Assembly: GCA_964016885.1 (NCBI GenBank)
Contig: OZ024741.1
Coordinates: 89,404,001 to 89,468,000 of the forward strand
Direction: 5' to 3'
DNA length: 64,000 bases
DNA from: Eledone cirrhosa
Taxonomy: Eukaryota
Part shown: in pieces, positions 15,295 to 27,914 of the stretch
How the letters are laid out: each line of letters begins with the position of its first letter
How positions within the stretch are numbered: the first letter of the stretch is position 1
Position numbers and translations under genes: made by a program
Notes under the pieces: model-generated
Told to the model about the DNA's origin: nothing
Databases searched by the model: none
Seen by the model: only the letters and a program-made list of their open reading frames with translations

Positions 15295-15741
15295 CATGTT
15301 GCCAATAAGAAACACACGCACCAGTTGCTTTCACTTCAATTTATTATAAATTAAATTTATAAATTTAGGAATTTATAAATTTCCGATTGGCTGGTTGGTT
15401 TCACAACCAGACGATTGTTCATATATTGTCAAAGTTCTTTCGTCACACATTCTGTGACCTCTTCAGTGACTGGGGATTATTTTCTTTGTTCTGTCCTACG
15501 CACAAAAACAAGATGGCGTAGGACAGAACAAATGAGAGGCCCAAAAACAAAGAAAATAATCCCCAGTCACTGAAGAGGTCACAGAATGTGTGACGAAAGA
15601 ACTTTGACAATATATGAACAATCGTCTGGTTGTGGAACCAACCAGCCAACCGGAAATCTATAAATTCCTAAATTTATAAATTTAATTTATAATAAATTGA
15701 AGTGAAAGCAACTGGTGCGTGTGTTTCTTATTGGCAACATG
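15295..15741. repeat. Near-perfect long inverted repeat (~196-bp arms), probably Penelope pseudo-LTR derived
   Basis: 15295-15490 is the reverse complement of 15546-15741 with few mismatches. A second 17-bp inverted pair (15485-15501 / 15517-15533) lies in the centre. Confidence 0.9.
15566..15608 (+). ncRNA. Minimal type I hammerhead ribozyme-like motif (mirror copy on minus strand at 15428-15470)
   Basis: GTCA-CTGAAGA-G-GTCACA(gaatg)TGTGAC-GAAA-G-AA-CTT-TGAC: CUGANGA and GAAA core, 6-bp stem II, 4-bp stem I, vestigial stem III. Confidence 0.6.
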
Positions 15742-15995
15742 ACCCTCCCAAAGCATAACAATATCGGTTTCAACACACGTTTTCAGATAAAGAATCTTGC
15801 TAAACAAATTCAGAAACGAAATATATATATATATATATTGGATAGAACTGGTCATTCCGTATAGTTAACCATGATGCAATATATAGTGTCTGCAAAATTC
15901 AAACTTTAAAGGAATTTCTTCAATCTGGCCTGCTCCTCCGCCACAACAACAACAACAGCAACAGCAACGACAACGGTAACAACAACAAAAATATC

Positions 15996-16030
<35 letters not shown>

Positions 16031-16033
16031 GCA

Positions 16034-17329
16034 TGAGGTGCGTTAAAAAAAATATCCGACCTTTTGGCATAAAAAACAACTTTGTACCTTTTACAAATTT
16101 TATTTAATCACTTTCAAAATACTCGCAGTGCTTCTGTCACTACCTGTATCATCTCTGCAACGCCTTCTCTGGGATGGTATGGAGCTCCACCGTCGCTTTT
16201 TTCATAATTTCCTCTCGCGACTCTAATTGCTTCCCTTTCAGCGTGGTTTTCAGGTTGGGGAAGAGGCAGAAGCCATACGATACCCTATTGGGAGAGTAGG
16301 GAGCCTGTCGAACAAGTGGTGTGTTGTTCTTTACCAGAAAAGCCTGGATTGTGTGGGCAGAATGAGCGGGTCATTGTCATGGAGAAGTTGCCAATTCTTC
16401 GCCGCCGACATGTCCAGCCGCTTTCAACGCACAACATCACGAAGGCGACGTATAACCCCCAGGTAGTATTCCTTATTGATTGTTTGACCTTGTGATGCAT
16501 AGTTCTGATGCACAATACAATGGGAGTCAAAGAAACAGGTCAACATTACCTTCATATTGCTGCGAACCTGTCGTCCTTTTTTGGGCCTTGGTGATGACGG
16601 ATACTTCAATTGGGAGGACTGAAACTTGGTTTCCATGTCGTAACCATAAACCTGTCTCATGATGGTCTTCATGAAGTCTGGGTCGTGTTTTGCACAGACC
16701 AGCATGTCATGAGCGATTTCCATGCGGAGTTCGTTCTGCTGCTCCGCCTGCACCTTGAGGACGAATTTCTCCGACACATTCCGCAATGCATAAATCCTCC
16801 GTTAAAATGGAATCAACTAATCCTGTGCTTATTCTCACTTCGTGAGTAATTTCCTGGATTGTTACACGACGGTCTACTGTGACTATTTGCTGAACCTTCT
16901 CAATTGGCTCTTCGTTTCGGCTTATGGATGGCCTGTCTGAGCGTGCCTCTCTCTTCACTAAGGTGTGGTCATATTTGAAGCATTTGTACCACTCCTTGAT
17001 CTGAGTTTTGCCCATGGCATCATCATCACAGGCCAGTTGAATCTTCTGGTTGGTTTGAAATTGAGTATCACCAAGCTTTTGGCAAGACTTGATACAATAT
17101 CACTGCCCGAACCATTCGGCCATCTTGCATAAAAACGAAAACCCGACAAGCATGCACTACACATCTGTACTCTATGTGTAACAGCCGGGAGGTGACGTGG
17201 TTCACCGGTGCAGAAATTTTTGCGCATGCACAGGAAGGATGGCGTCACCTCATACCTAAAGAATTTTACCCACGGGGCATTAGTTTTGGCGGGAAAACAT
17301 AATGTCAGATATTTTTTCAACGCACCTCG
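16034..17329 (-). mobile_element. Full-length degenerate mariner transposon (~1.3 kb)
   Basis: TIRs TGAGGTGCGTTAAAAAAAATATCCGAC / GTCAGATATTTTTTCAACGCACCTCG. Frameshifted transposase ~17123-16104 with RSDRPS, YGYDMETKFQSSQ, KVMLTCFFD and C-terminal EYFESD*. Confidence 0.9.
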
Positions 17330-17383
17330 CATATATGTATGTACATACACTTATAACTATTTATATGGATGTATTTATATATA

Positions 17384-17597
17384 CAGTGTACCCCAGCATT
17401 CGCGGTCCCAGTTATTCGCTAAATTTTCCTTAGATCCTAACTAATAATTTTTCGTGGAAACCACCGCATATTCATGGCATCAAATATTTCCCGCGATTTT
17501 TTATGGCTTTTTTCGTGACAATATATATTTTTTCGCGCTTTTTAACGCTAAATTATTAATTACAATATACAGTATTTGCCAGCCTATATTTTACGCT
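17384..17597. mobile_element. Truncated pogo/Tigger-like MITE, same family as 25666-26019
   Basis: TA-CAGTGTACCCCAGCATTCGCGG start; colinear with 25666 onward. Confidence 0.65.
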
Positions 17598-18545
17598 ATG
17601 TGTGTGTGTGTGTTTGTGAGTGATATATATATAATATTAATATTATTCTAGAGGCTAGGAAAACTATTATCAAATTTGATAACTGCTACTGGAGCGTAGG
17701 GATAGACCCACTAACTTCGACATTACTATGAGCTCCAATGATTCGGAGGAGGTCACGGATCTTGTGAGAATTTACATAACCCACATACTACATGAAAAAT
17801 TTAATAATCTACAAGGGGGAATATATAGAGACGACGCGCTTCTATTAGTTAATGACTTAAACAACCAGAATATAGAAAGGCTACGCAAAAACATTAGGAA
17901 ATCTCTTAGCGAACTGGGTGTGAAAATAGCGTATGAATACAATCTTAAAGAAGTGAATTTTCTAGACGTAACTCTTAATTTGAACACAGGATTGATACGA
18001 CCCTTCCACAAGATAAACGAGAACCTTACCTATATTAATTACAACTCGAATCACCCACTTTCCATGATTAAATCGGTTCCTCGTAGTATTTCTCTCAGAA
18101 TCTCTCTCCTATCGTCTAACTCTCAGATTTTCAGCGAACATGCAGAATACTATAATAGCGCACTGAGGAACGCTGACCACCGGGATAAAATAGAATACAT
18201 TGATAAGAATCACCAGAGCACACATGGCAACACACGGAATCGAAGAATATGTAACCGGGGCACAGGCATACAAACACACACACGCAGCACCGCCAGACAT
18301 ACTAATAATAGAAAATCATCACCAAACTCAAGCAAATTACGTTGCAGGAAGTATGTCTGGTATAATCCCGTTTTTAATGCTTCGATTAGTACAAAACTAT
18401 CTCTTTTATTCTTTAAGTTAATTAACAAGCATTTCCCTAATTCCCATAAATACAGTAAAATTCTAAACTCTAAGACTATTAAGCTATCATATTCCACTGC
18501 ACCGAACCTAGAAGCACACATAAAAAAACTTAACTCAAAGCGATT

Positions 18546-20324
18546 CACCGTGTAACATAATTTTGTTCTCCGGTTCTAAATATGATTTCCTGGTTTGGTA
18601 TATCTCATTATTATCAAAAAACACTATTATTTAATTAGAAGTTTGGGTTTGAGGTCAGGAGTTTGATATTTTGAAATTTTCATATTTTTCAAGACAAAAT
18701 ACATTTTAAAAAAATTTATAATTAAATCAACAGAGTATATATTTATTTTATTACACAAGCTTATCAAAAGCAAACAAGTAAAAACAAATAACACTTATAA
18801 AGCAACTTATACCCGTCAGAAATGACTGGATTTCCTGGATTTGCGGTTGTAGTCCAGGTCGCATTCCCGCACTAGCCCCCAGATATAGTCCCCATCATTT
18901 TTTCATTGTAGTGGCCTTGGTACCTCCGCTCTATCTCTTTCACATCTTGGTGGAATCGTTCGCCTTGTTCTTCTGAGTAGGCGCCCATATTGTCCTTGAA
19001 TTTTTCCAGGTGAGCGTCCAGCATATGGAGTTTAAGCGACATCCTGCATCCCGTGGCGCCAAAAGCCTTTATCAGATCCTGCACCAGTTGCTGATAGTTT
19101 TCAGCTCTGTAGTTGCACAGGAAGTCCTTAACAACTGCCTTGAAACAGTTCCATGCTGTTCTCTCAATCCTATTGAGCTTATTGGAGAACTCGGTAGACT
19201 CAAACACCTTCTTTATCTGAGGTCCAACAAAAATTCCACCTTTGATTTTGGCCTCAGATAACTTGGGGAAGAACTCAAGAAGGTACTTAAAAGCGGCTGA
19301 TTCTTGGTTGAGAGCCTTCACAAACTGCTTCATCAACCTCAACTTAATGTGCATGGCGGCATGAGCACAATCCTGGGATCAACCAGTGGCTCCCACATGA
19401 CGTTCCGGGTCCCAACTACAAATTTTGTTCGCTGCTCCCAGTTCTTTCTTTTGTAGTGGTCAGAGGTGGCTCTGCTGTCCCAAAGGCAGAGGAAGCATTG
19501 GGATTTGACAAAGCCGCCTTGGAGTCCAAGCAGGAAAGCCACCATCTTGAAGTCTCCAATGATTTCCCAATTGTACTGGTTGTATTGCAGAGCTTCCAAG
19601 AGGACTTTCACACTGTAGTAATCTTCCTTCAGGCAGAATGAATGAGCTAGGAGCAGTGTCGGGAACTTGGTTCCACTGTGGAGGAGGACAGCCTTCAAAC
19701 TTGTGGTGGAGCTGTCTATAAATAGTCGCCACTCCTTGGGCATAAACGGCACCCCAATAACGTCAAACAGTCCAGGCACGTCATGGCAGAAGCAGAGGCC
19801 ATCCCTAAGAATGTAAAAGCCTGAGAAAGGTTCGTGTCGACTTCTCTGACTTGTTACCTGCACTTCCTCCTTGAGTAAGTTCCACTGCTTCATCCTGGAG
19901 ACGAATAGCTCTGCATTGGACTTGTTCAAACCCATATCCCTGACCAAGTCATTGACTTCTTTTTGGTTTGGGAAGTGAGGAAGTCTTTCTGGTATCCCTG
20001 TATCAATAAATCTCTTTAATCCACTTTTTAACAATTTTATACTTTATTGCACTTTTATAATTTTCTTTAGGTATTACTCTTTATTTTATAATTTTAATTT
20101 AACCTGAAACATATATTAAAAAATCATTTAACATAAGCAAATTAAACTTACATACAACGTAAAATCCAGCATACAAATAATTTTAGTGAATAGCTTAAAA
20201 TTTTTACAAATCCAAAATTTTAGCTGTTTAATAGTACTTTTTATTTATTTATTTGGGACCTAAGCAACACAAAAAAGTGATTACAAACCAGGAACAGAGA
20301 AACATTTTTTTTTGTTACACGGTG
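18546..20324 (-). mobile_element. Chapaev3-type (CMC superfamily) DNA transposon with frameshifted, N-terminally deleted transposase
   Basis: TIRs CACCGTGTAACA / TGTTACACGGTG. Motifs WRLFIDSS, SLKAVLLH, CFLCLWDSR, HIKLRLMKQFVKAL, GIFVGPQI, MSLKLH, EQGERFHQD. Frameshift near 19350. Confidence 0.88.
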
Positions 20325-21124
20325 TTATTAAACAACACTACAAGACAAAATATTTTAGATACAGATGGGCATAACGTAATATCAACTTCCCAACCACCAA
20401 ATGGGAAACGAGTACTACACAACCCACCTGTACTGTTATCCCAACCTATCCATGGTACAGTTGTTACCCATAACAAAAACTGTAATTGCTACCTACCCGA
20501 GAGATGCCCATTGAAGAATAAATGCCTGGAGTCCAACATTGTTTATCAATGCACTGTCGAATCAAATGACCAGAAATGGTATTACGTCGGGTCTACTACT
20601 ACCTCCTTTAAATCACGCTGGTATCGTCATCAATTTTCGATTAAACATCCTGAACACCGCTATGTAACTACACTCGCTAATAAGACTTGGCAACTCCGCG
20701 AACACAACCAACAGTTCACCCTAAAATGGGAAAAACTATCCAGCGCTAGTGCATATCGGAGTGGATTAAAATACTGCAGATTATGCAACCTTGAACTTTT
20801 TAATATCTTGAAATCGAAAAACAATTTACTAAATGACAGAATCGAACGATCGTTATACTGCAATCACAAACTGAAGGCTAAATTTTCTCACTATAAAAGT
20901 AACTTAGCATAATTTGAACCCGAGACTATTATACTACTTTCTTGCTAACCAATTTAACTCATTACTTACTTCATAACAATATCCCCCCCCCCCCCCTACT
21001 AACCAGTACCTTACTTACCGTAATAATGTATACTTAAGTACGACCAGCAAACTACAACTATTAACTCGGTGTATATCGCCTTTCCTTCCTCTTCTCTTAA
21101 CTTGTTTCTGTCCACCCTCTCCCC

Positions 21125-21186
<62 letters not shown>

Positions 21187-21865
21187 CTTTCTTTCTTTCT
21201 CTCTCTCTCTATCTATTTCCCGCCTTCTCCACATCTATTAACCTGCCCTCTGTAGCAATTAATAATTCCAAACTTGATACTATCAACACAATGCCTAAGT
21301 TGTTTCTTTGAGAGTAAGCAGTATAATAAAACCACTTGCTGGACCCCTGTCATAGCATTTAGATTAGCTATCTGTATTCTTCAAACCTCTCTCTCCCATT
21401 TCTCCTACCCCTACATATCTATCGCTCCCTCTCCCTTTTCTACTCTATCTTCCTCAATTTAAGAAATATAAAGAAACCTTGATTCAACCATTCGTTCTGA
21501 CGATTTGGTAGTACAAGCAGCATTTGATAATTGAGTATCTGCAAATTAATATGTATGTATAGTATATTTGGCAATATACTGTTTTAAATTATATTACAAA
21601 ATATACTATACATAGTCACTACTTTAAAATTATATTACCAAATATACTATACATAGTCACTACTTTAAAATTGATAGCGTATGGTCTTCTAAATGTTTTT
21701 AATTAAACATCCGGTATATTGCCAAATATACTATACATACATTCATGTATACATCACTATTTCAGAGCACCAATCCTAATACCCAATTTTTGGTGGACCG
21801 GCAATCGCTCTGCATAATCAGCTCCTGGTTATTACTGGAATTCTATAAGAATCCAGCTTCTATAA

Positions 21866-21956
21866 TTTTCGGCGAAAGCAGGGGAGTACGTGACTCTGAT
21901 GAACGCCAACCAGCGTGAAACAGATTGTCAGCTTCTCTCCCTGCTTTCGCCGAAAA
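21866..21956 (+). ncRNA. Type I hammerhead ribozyme in the Penelope 3' region
   Basis: CTGATGA (21896), stem II ACGC/GCGT, GAAA, stem III ACA(gat)TGT, GTC triplet (21927-21929), closed by an 18-bp perfect helix TTTTCGGCGAAAGCAGGG/CCCTGCTTTCGCCGAAAA. Confidence 0.85.
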
Positions 21957-22042
21957 GAAGTGACATAGTCACTACTTTAAAACTGATAGCGTATGGTCTT
22001 CTAAATGTTTTTAATTAAACATACGGTATATTGCCAAATATA

Positions 22043-22110
<68 letters not shown>

Positions 22111-22290
22111 TCGATCCACAAATAGATCGCACCTCGGGCTGTTCGCCGGAGAAAACAATTGTAATATGTAATAAATTGTGTTCCGATGCATCACTGATTC
22201 TTCGTTTTCCATATCATCATACTCTGCTCCGAAGGAGCATAGAGTGCTCAACCGGCATACCGCCTATGGACGCATCCTAGCAACCATACT

Positions 22291-22325
<35 letters not shown>

Positions 22326-22591
22326 AGAAGTTATACATGCTATATGAGAGGCCGACGAAACTCAGCGCACCTTGCGACTAAGGTAACTTATAATGAAAAA
22401 GCAAAGAGCTTCTTCAGGCACCTAAAAGAAAATGTGATAACTCAGAAACATTCACATCAAGCAGAGCTTGATCGTGTTTCTAAAGAAATAAGCTCAATGG
22501 AACTTAGATCAGAATATCAATTATTTAACTTCAAAAGATATATGTAGAGAGAAAGAAGCATATATGCGTACAAAATATGTTTCTCAAACGA

Positions 22592-22653
<62 letters not shown>

Positions 22654-22656
22654 CTT

Positions 22657-22768
<112 letters not shown>

Positions 22769-22789
22769 AGTTAGTTAGTTCCACAAATT

Positions 22790-24466
22790 AGCAAACCATA
22801 CTTGTTTGGCCACCAGAATTCAAGAGAAATCTTACTGAGCATTTATTGAAAACTCAAATTTGTATCGAGACTGTCGCGAAGCACACTGTCGCGCAGTTGG
22901 TAAGGAACAGATATTCTCGTTCTTCGATATAGAATTCTGTCTTCTATTGTTGGTTGATCACGAACATGTTTGAGAAGGAGATCGCACTTGTTTCGCGATA
23001 TGCATTTTCCGAATATGACCATGCGTTTGATTGGCTGAATATGTCTGTCGCATTCTGTGATTCTTTTCACACGATCGACGTACGTGGCTCTCAACAGAAT
23101 GTCATTCACTTGCTCCACTACAAAGACAATTTCTTCGCCTGCCATTCGCAATTTCGACATTGTGTCAACATGAGGAATTTTAGAGCTAAAGATATGCGAT
23201 ATTTCAAAATCAAACGCCAATAATTGAATAGTCCATCGTCCGATTCTAGCAGAAGCATTAGTAGAGTATTGTTTTGTTATAGACACTTTAGAAAAGATAA
23301 GGCTGCAGGGTACGCCCATATCATGCATCATGTCAACAATGTGACCATTGAGGGAGACAGTTTCAAATATTGGTTTTTCAGCTGTGTGACCGATAAGAGT
23401 CCTGATTCCATCTTGGTGAATTACCTTGTGAATGTTCCTGGAACTTTTACAAACTTTTGCATAATGGTCTTTCTTGCCACAGTTTTTGCAAGTAGCTTGG
23501 TTGGCAGGACGTCTGTGCTGTATGGACCAAGATTTTCCACAGCAGTAATAAGATTTATCATTTAAATTCTTTCGTTTGTCTTGTTTAGTCGTTTTGGAAT
23601 AAGCAATAATCTCCTCTTTTGAATTGTTGTTACAAAATTCGGATATTTGCGAAGAACGCTGTAGAAATTGTACTGTAGCTGACAAACTGAGTTTGCTAAC
23701 GTCATTAGCTTGAAGAACTTTTTCCCTTTCCTCACTGCTTCTTAGACAGACAGCTAACAGAGACAATATGAGATTTTCAGTCACTCTCCTTTTTGATGTT
23801 TTCAGGCTCTCAAAATCACAGTATTCACTGGCATGTCGAAAATTCGAAAGAAATTGAGAATTTGACTCAATATCATGATTAAGAATCGAATTTTTGAGAT
23901 CAGCGTAAGTCATCTTCGTGATATTCTTCGGGATGTTAATATCTCGGACGACCTTTAACGCTTGTATTCCAACTAAAGAAATTAATTTCATGGCCATAGA
24001 ACTTTGGCCACCATCTTCGTCCATGTAAGCCCTTAAGGCCATGAGCCAGGTTGTGACGTCTTGGACCGACTGTAGGTTTATGTCGCTAAGAAATTTTCCT
24101 TATCCAATCTGTGACGCCATTGTCGTGTCTTGTAATTTCGCGATGGGCATAGGTAATTGAACAAGGAACAGTAATTTATAAATTTTTATTTCGGTGCAAT
24201 GGAGCACAATATACTGTAGAACTGTAGAACTGAAGCGAGCATATAATAATAATAACACTGAATGTAATTCCGTGGCGACAGAAAGAATTGTGTACTCCTC
24301 AAAACGATAGAATTGTGTACCCCCGTTTAGCTGAATCATAATATATAGGCAAAAAAAAAGAGCACACCTGAAACACGTGATTGAGATATGATTGGCTGTT
24401 GTTAAATAATTAAACAATTACAAAGCACTTGTTAGATAACACTCAATACGAGTTCAATACATGACA
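22790..24466 (-). mobile_element. Internally deleted Ty3/Gypsy LTR retrotransposon (5' LTR, PBS, fused gag-PR-RH-IN remnant)
   Basis: LTR 24466-24121 with TGTCATGT...ACACGACA termini, then PBS TGGCGTCACAG. ORF 24042-22843 has Zn knuckle CKNCGKKDHYAKVC, decayed protease site HDMG, RNase H tail RWTIQLLAFDFEI and integrase N-terminus. Confidence 0.85.
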
Positions 24467-24568
24467 TCAAGTACTTTTTCGTAACCTCTGCAAAACATTC
24501 ACTCTTTCATCAATGCACAGCTTACAGGATATTGCTCCATTCCCGTATGGCTTATATACATACATACA

Positions 24569-25167
24569 GGATGGCTGCCCCCTCGTTATCAAGTATGGCC
24601 ATTGCACGATATAACATTATTAATAGTTATCAATTAATGCTATCGTGCAATGCCTGTGCGTGAAGATTTTTTTTTAAAGTGAGGAAAGACTGTGCACTGA
24701 GCCAATCCCACTCTCTCAGCGACAGTAGCTATAACCCGAAAAGAAGAAAAGATCAACATCATCGGTAACTACTGAGCTGCAGGTTTAATGTCGGAGTTAT
24801 CCCAGTTTCCTGAATTTCCTTCTCCTAGAAGAATGCCCTGACAAAGGCTAGGGGTCCTTTACTCCCAGTGGTTTAACCGCGCCATCGGGTATCCAGCCCG
24901 ATTATTTTTGTGTCACTGCACATATACATTCACATACATACATACATACATGCATATATACACATGTACATACACATTTTTGGATGGCCGTTGACTCTTA
25001 TGAGTTCTACCCTTTATCAGGTCTTGTTTTTTGTCCTGCAAGGTGTCCAAAATCACCTTCCTCACCAAGTAAACTTGGTGGGGTTGCCGGTTTCGTCGCC
25101 GACGACCCGACTATGCGATGGGTTGTACTGGGTTACATGTTACCAGTAGTACTGAATAGTGACCCGA
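24569..25167 (-). mobile_element. Diverged copy of the ~610-bp microsatellite-associated retroposon
   Basis: Similar to 32983-33590; interrupted by (CATA)n at ~24920-24975. Confidence 0.7.
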
Positions 25168-25184
25168 CATACATTTACATACAT

Positions 25185-25660
25185 ACATAAGGCGAATATT
25201 TATGCAGAACTAATAAGAAATCTGCAGATACTCCACCCTGATTATACCTTCAGATTTATGCCTGTGCCTATTGGGGCACTGGGGTATGTTAGTAACTGCC
25301 TCAATACAAATCTTGAGAAGCTGGGCTTCACAGGAAGAGAAAGAACACAACTAATTAGGAAATTACAAGTAAAAACAGTAAAAATATGTAAAAATATGTA
25401 AAACATTCCAAAAAGTTTGCATCTAATAACTGCTTATACACATGTACAGATCCAAAGCGTATGAACATGCACACATACAACTAAAAACATCCATATCCAC
25501 ACATACAATAACATCCATATCTACAAATGCATGCATGCAGACATATCTACCTGGTTGATGTTGTGTAAATTCCAATGAGAGAGTCTTGTGTCTATCTTAG
25601 AAACCGACTCTCTCTCTATTGGCAAACATTTGTGAAATTATAAAACCAGAACATACATAC
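25185..25660 (+). mobile_element. 3' end of an RLE-type (R4/Dong-like) LINE
   Basis: YAELIRNLQILHP...PVPIGALG...TVKICK; 3' stem GAGAGAGTC/GACTCTCTC and (CATA)n tail. Related 3' ends inverted at ~34125-34410 and ~44270-44338. Confidence 0.7.
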
Positions 25661-25665
25661 TTATA

Positions 25666-26016
25666 CAGTATACCCCCGGCATTTGCGGTCCTGAGTATTC
25701 ACAGAATTTTCCTTAGGATCTATATAATAATTGTTCATGGAAATCACCGCATATTGGCGGAATCGTAAATATCTTCCTCGGTTTTTTATGGGTTTTTTCG
25801 TGGCGATATATGTTTTAACGCTAAATTATTAATAACAATATACCGTATTTGCCGGTCTATTGGATGCCTCTTCGTATAAGACGCTCCCTTTTTAAAATTA
25901 TATTTTACGATATATTTTGACGTTTATAGACATTTTTATGGACCACGTTAAATATTCGCGGTGTTTCATTATTCGCGGGTGCTCTAGGAACGTAACCCCG
26001 CGAATACCGGGAGAAA

Positions 26017-26019
<3 letters not shown>
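25666..26019. mobile_element. pogo/Tigger-like MITE
   Basis: Imperfect TIRs CAGTATACCCCCGGCATTTGCGG / CCGCGAATACCGGGAGAAACTG, preceded by TA. Confidence 0.7.
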
Positions 26020-26063
<44 letters not shown>

Positions 26064-26469
26064 CACATAGAGAGAGAGAGAGGGGGTGAGAGAGGAGAGA
26101 GAGTGTGTATGTGTGTGTGTGTGTGTGAGAGGACAGAAAGAGAGAGAAAGGGGTGTTAGATGGTTAGATAAATGTGTTGTAGATTTATAGGTAATTAAAT
26201 GTCAAACATTTACTGATGTGGTGGCCCCATATCTACGATAAAGTCATATTTATTATCTATATAATAATTATATATATAATAAACATTTTCAGATATGAAC
26301 TTCGTGGGGGTATAGGAATATGTTACATTCAGAAAGCTATTTGAATTGGTGCATTGTTGTGGTTATCAGTGTTATACGTAAACTGAATGGCTTATTTCAG
26401 GAGCATGCTGTTGCTATTAACGTTGGGTTGCAGATTTATGGGTAGATTCATGACAAACAGAAAATGCAT

Positions 26470-26616
26470 CATGGCCGAATGGTTAAGAAGTTTTCTTTGC
26501 AATTATTAAGTCCCGAGTTCACTTACATTGAGCTGCATCTTGGGCAGGTGTTATTTACTATAGCCTACGGTCGATTCCTCATACCTTGTGAGTGAAATTG
26601 GGTAGATGGAAACTGT
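26470..26616 (+). mobile_element. tRNA-derived SINE, family 2
   Basis: A-box TGGCCGAATGG, degenerate B-box GAGTTCA, central CTTGGGCAGGTG. Inverted relatives at ~50915-51062 and ~59470-59602. Confidence 0.65.
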
Positions 26617-27400
26617 TTGGATTTGAACTCAAAATGTAAAGAGCCAGAGCAAATACCGCAAAGGATTCTATCCAACGTTCTAACGACTCAGCCAATCCAC
26701 TGTCCTAATCACCAGCCAAATAACGAGATAAATAGTTATATTATTAAATTCATTCAAAACCTTGATTGTTTTCAAAATTATTTTAAATTATATGCAATGT
26801 CTTTCATTAGAAATATAGTAATGGAAAAAAATACATTTTCAAACCGCGGTTTTAAATTGCTTTTAAGCTGTTTATATTCCACAGTCATCTTAGTCGGATC
26901 AGTTTCAAACGGAGATAGATGAGAGTTATGTGATGGCAATGATAGTGGTAGTTTGTTTACATTTTTGCCCTCTTCTATTGCAGCTTTTGTCTAGATTTGA
27001 ATGTTTTCGGAAAGTTGGAATAAAAATTGCTCCTATCTGTCATAGTAATTTTTCCATTAACAAATAATACCTGTTGTTGAAGCCGCTTAACCGTTTATGC
27101 CTGGGTGAAATTTGTCCCAGTAATTTCTAATCGCTTTATATAGACCATATAATGATTTGTTCCGAATTTTTTTTATATAACTGAAGAATATTTTTATCTA
27201 AACGCAAACACAAAGTGAAGAGAGAAAAATCCTTGCGTCAGCTTTGTAATCCGGTCTGAATGACACTTGATCCTTGAATAAAAAGTGACCATCTGTTTAC
27301 AACAAAATAAAAAAAACAAAGAAATTCAGTGATATTAGCTGATTGAGAGAGGCATAATTGTAAAGGAAAACCTATATGTTTGCTGTCGACAACGATGTTT

Positions 27401-27914
27401 CAGGGGCGGTGGAAGCATTTCTGAATTGGGGTGGGTGTGGGGTGCAAATTTGGTCTATTTAGTTGTAGTGATTAGTTTTAGCTCTTTGTACTCTAAACTG
27501 GTCAGAAAATGAGACCAAGCAGGTCATATTACATTTACAGCTTTCAATAACTATAAAGTGATTATAGCGAAGTGACTTATGAAATCTGTTACTGATACAC
27601 ATAGTAGCAAATGGCAAATAGTGATATGTGGAGAAAAAGTTATGACATGACAAAAAAATTTACTATGAAGGTGCCCCAGCATGGCCTAGACTGGATGGCT
27701 GGAACAGGTAAAAGAGTAAAAGAGTATAATATTATTATCAAATATAAAAAAAGCAAAAAAAAGTTCTATATGCGATAAACGTAACACGTACATAAATTGT
27801 AGCGCATATACAAATAGATGTGAGTTTTAGTAATTTGGCGAGAAAAATATCATTATTGGGGTGTGTGGGGAGGCATGACCCTTCTGCCACCAACCCAGTT
27901 CCACCACCCCTCTG
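27401..27914. mobile_element. Putative hAT-like MITE
   Basis: Imperfect TIRs CAGGGGCGGTGGAA / TTCCACCACCCCTCTG; no clear TSD. Confidence 0.45.

Larger units (their letters stand above)
17638..22045 (+). mobile_element. 5'-truncated Penelope-like retroelement (probably Hydra-type), interrupted by a Chapaev3-type transposon
   Basis: RT part 17638-18545 (FDITMSS, IYRDD, FLDVTLNL, SNHP). GIY-YIG part 20325-20912 (CNCYLPERC, IVYQC...YVGST, CRLC). 3' region has direct repeats and a hammerhead. Confidence 0.9.

Noticed and set aside
16958-17350. 130-aa ORF as a separate gene
   Set aside because: Runs through the mariner TIR and 5' UTR, mostly off the transposase frame.
22221-22246. Hairpin ACTCTGCTCC-GAA-GGAGCATAGAGT as a ribozyme or terminator
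   Set aside because: No catalytic core found on either strand; likely a repeat remnant.
26293-26450. Possible upstream exon after TTTTCAG
   Set aside because: No recognisable protein similarity and no convincing donor site.
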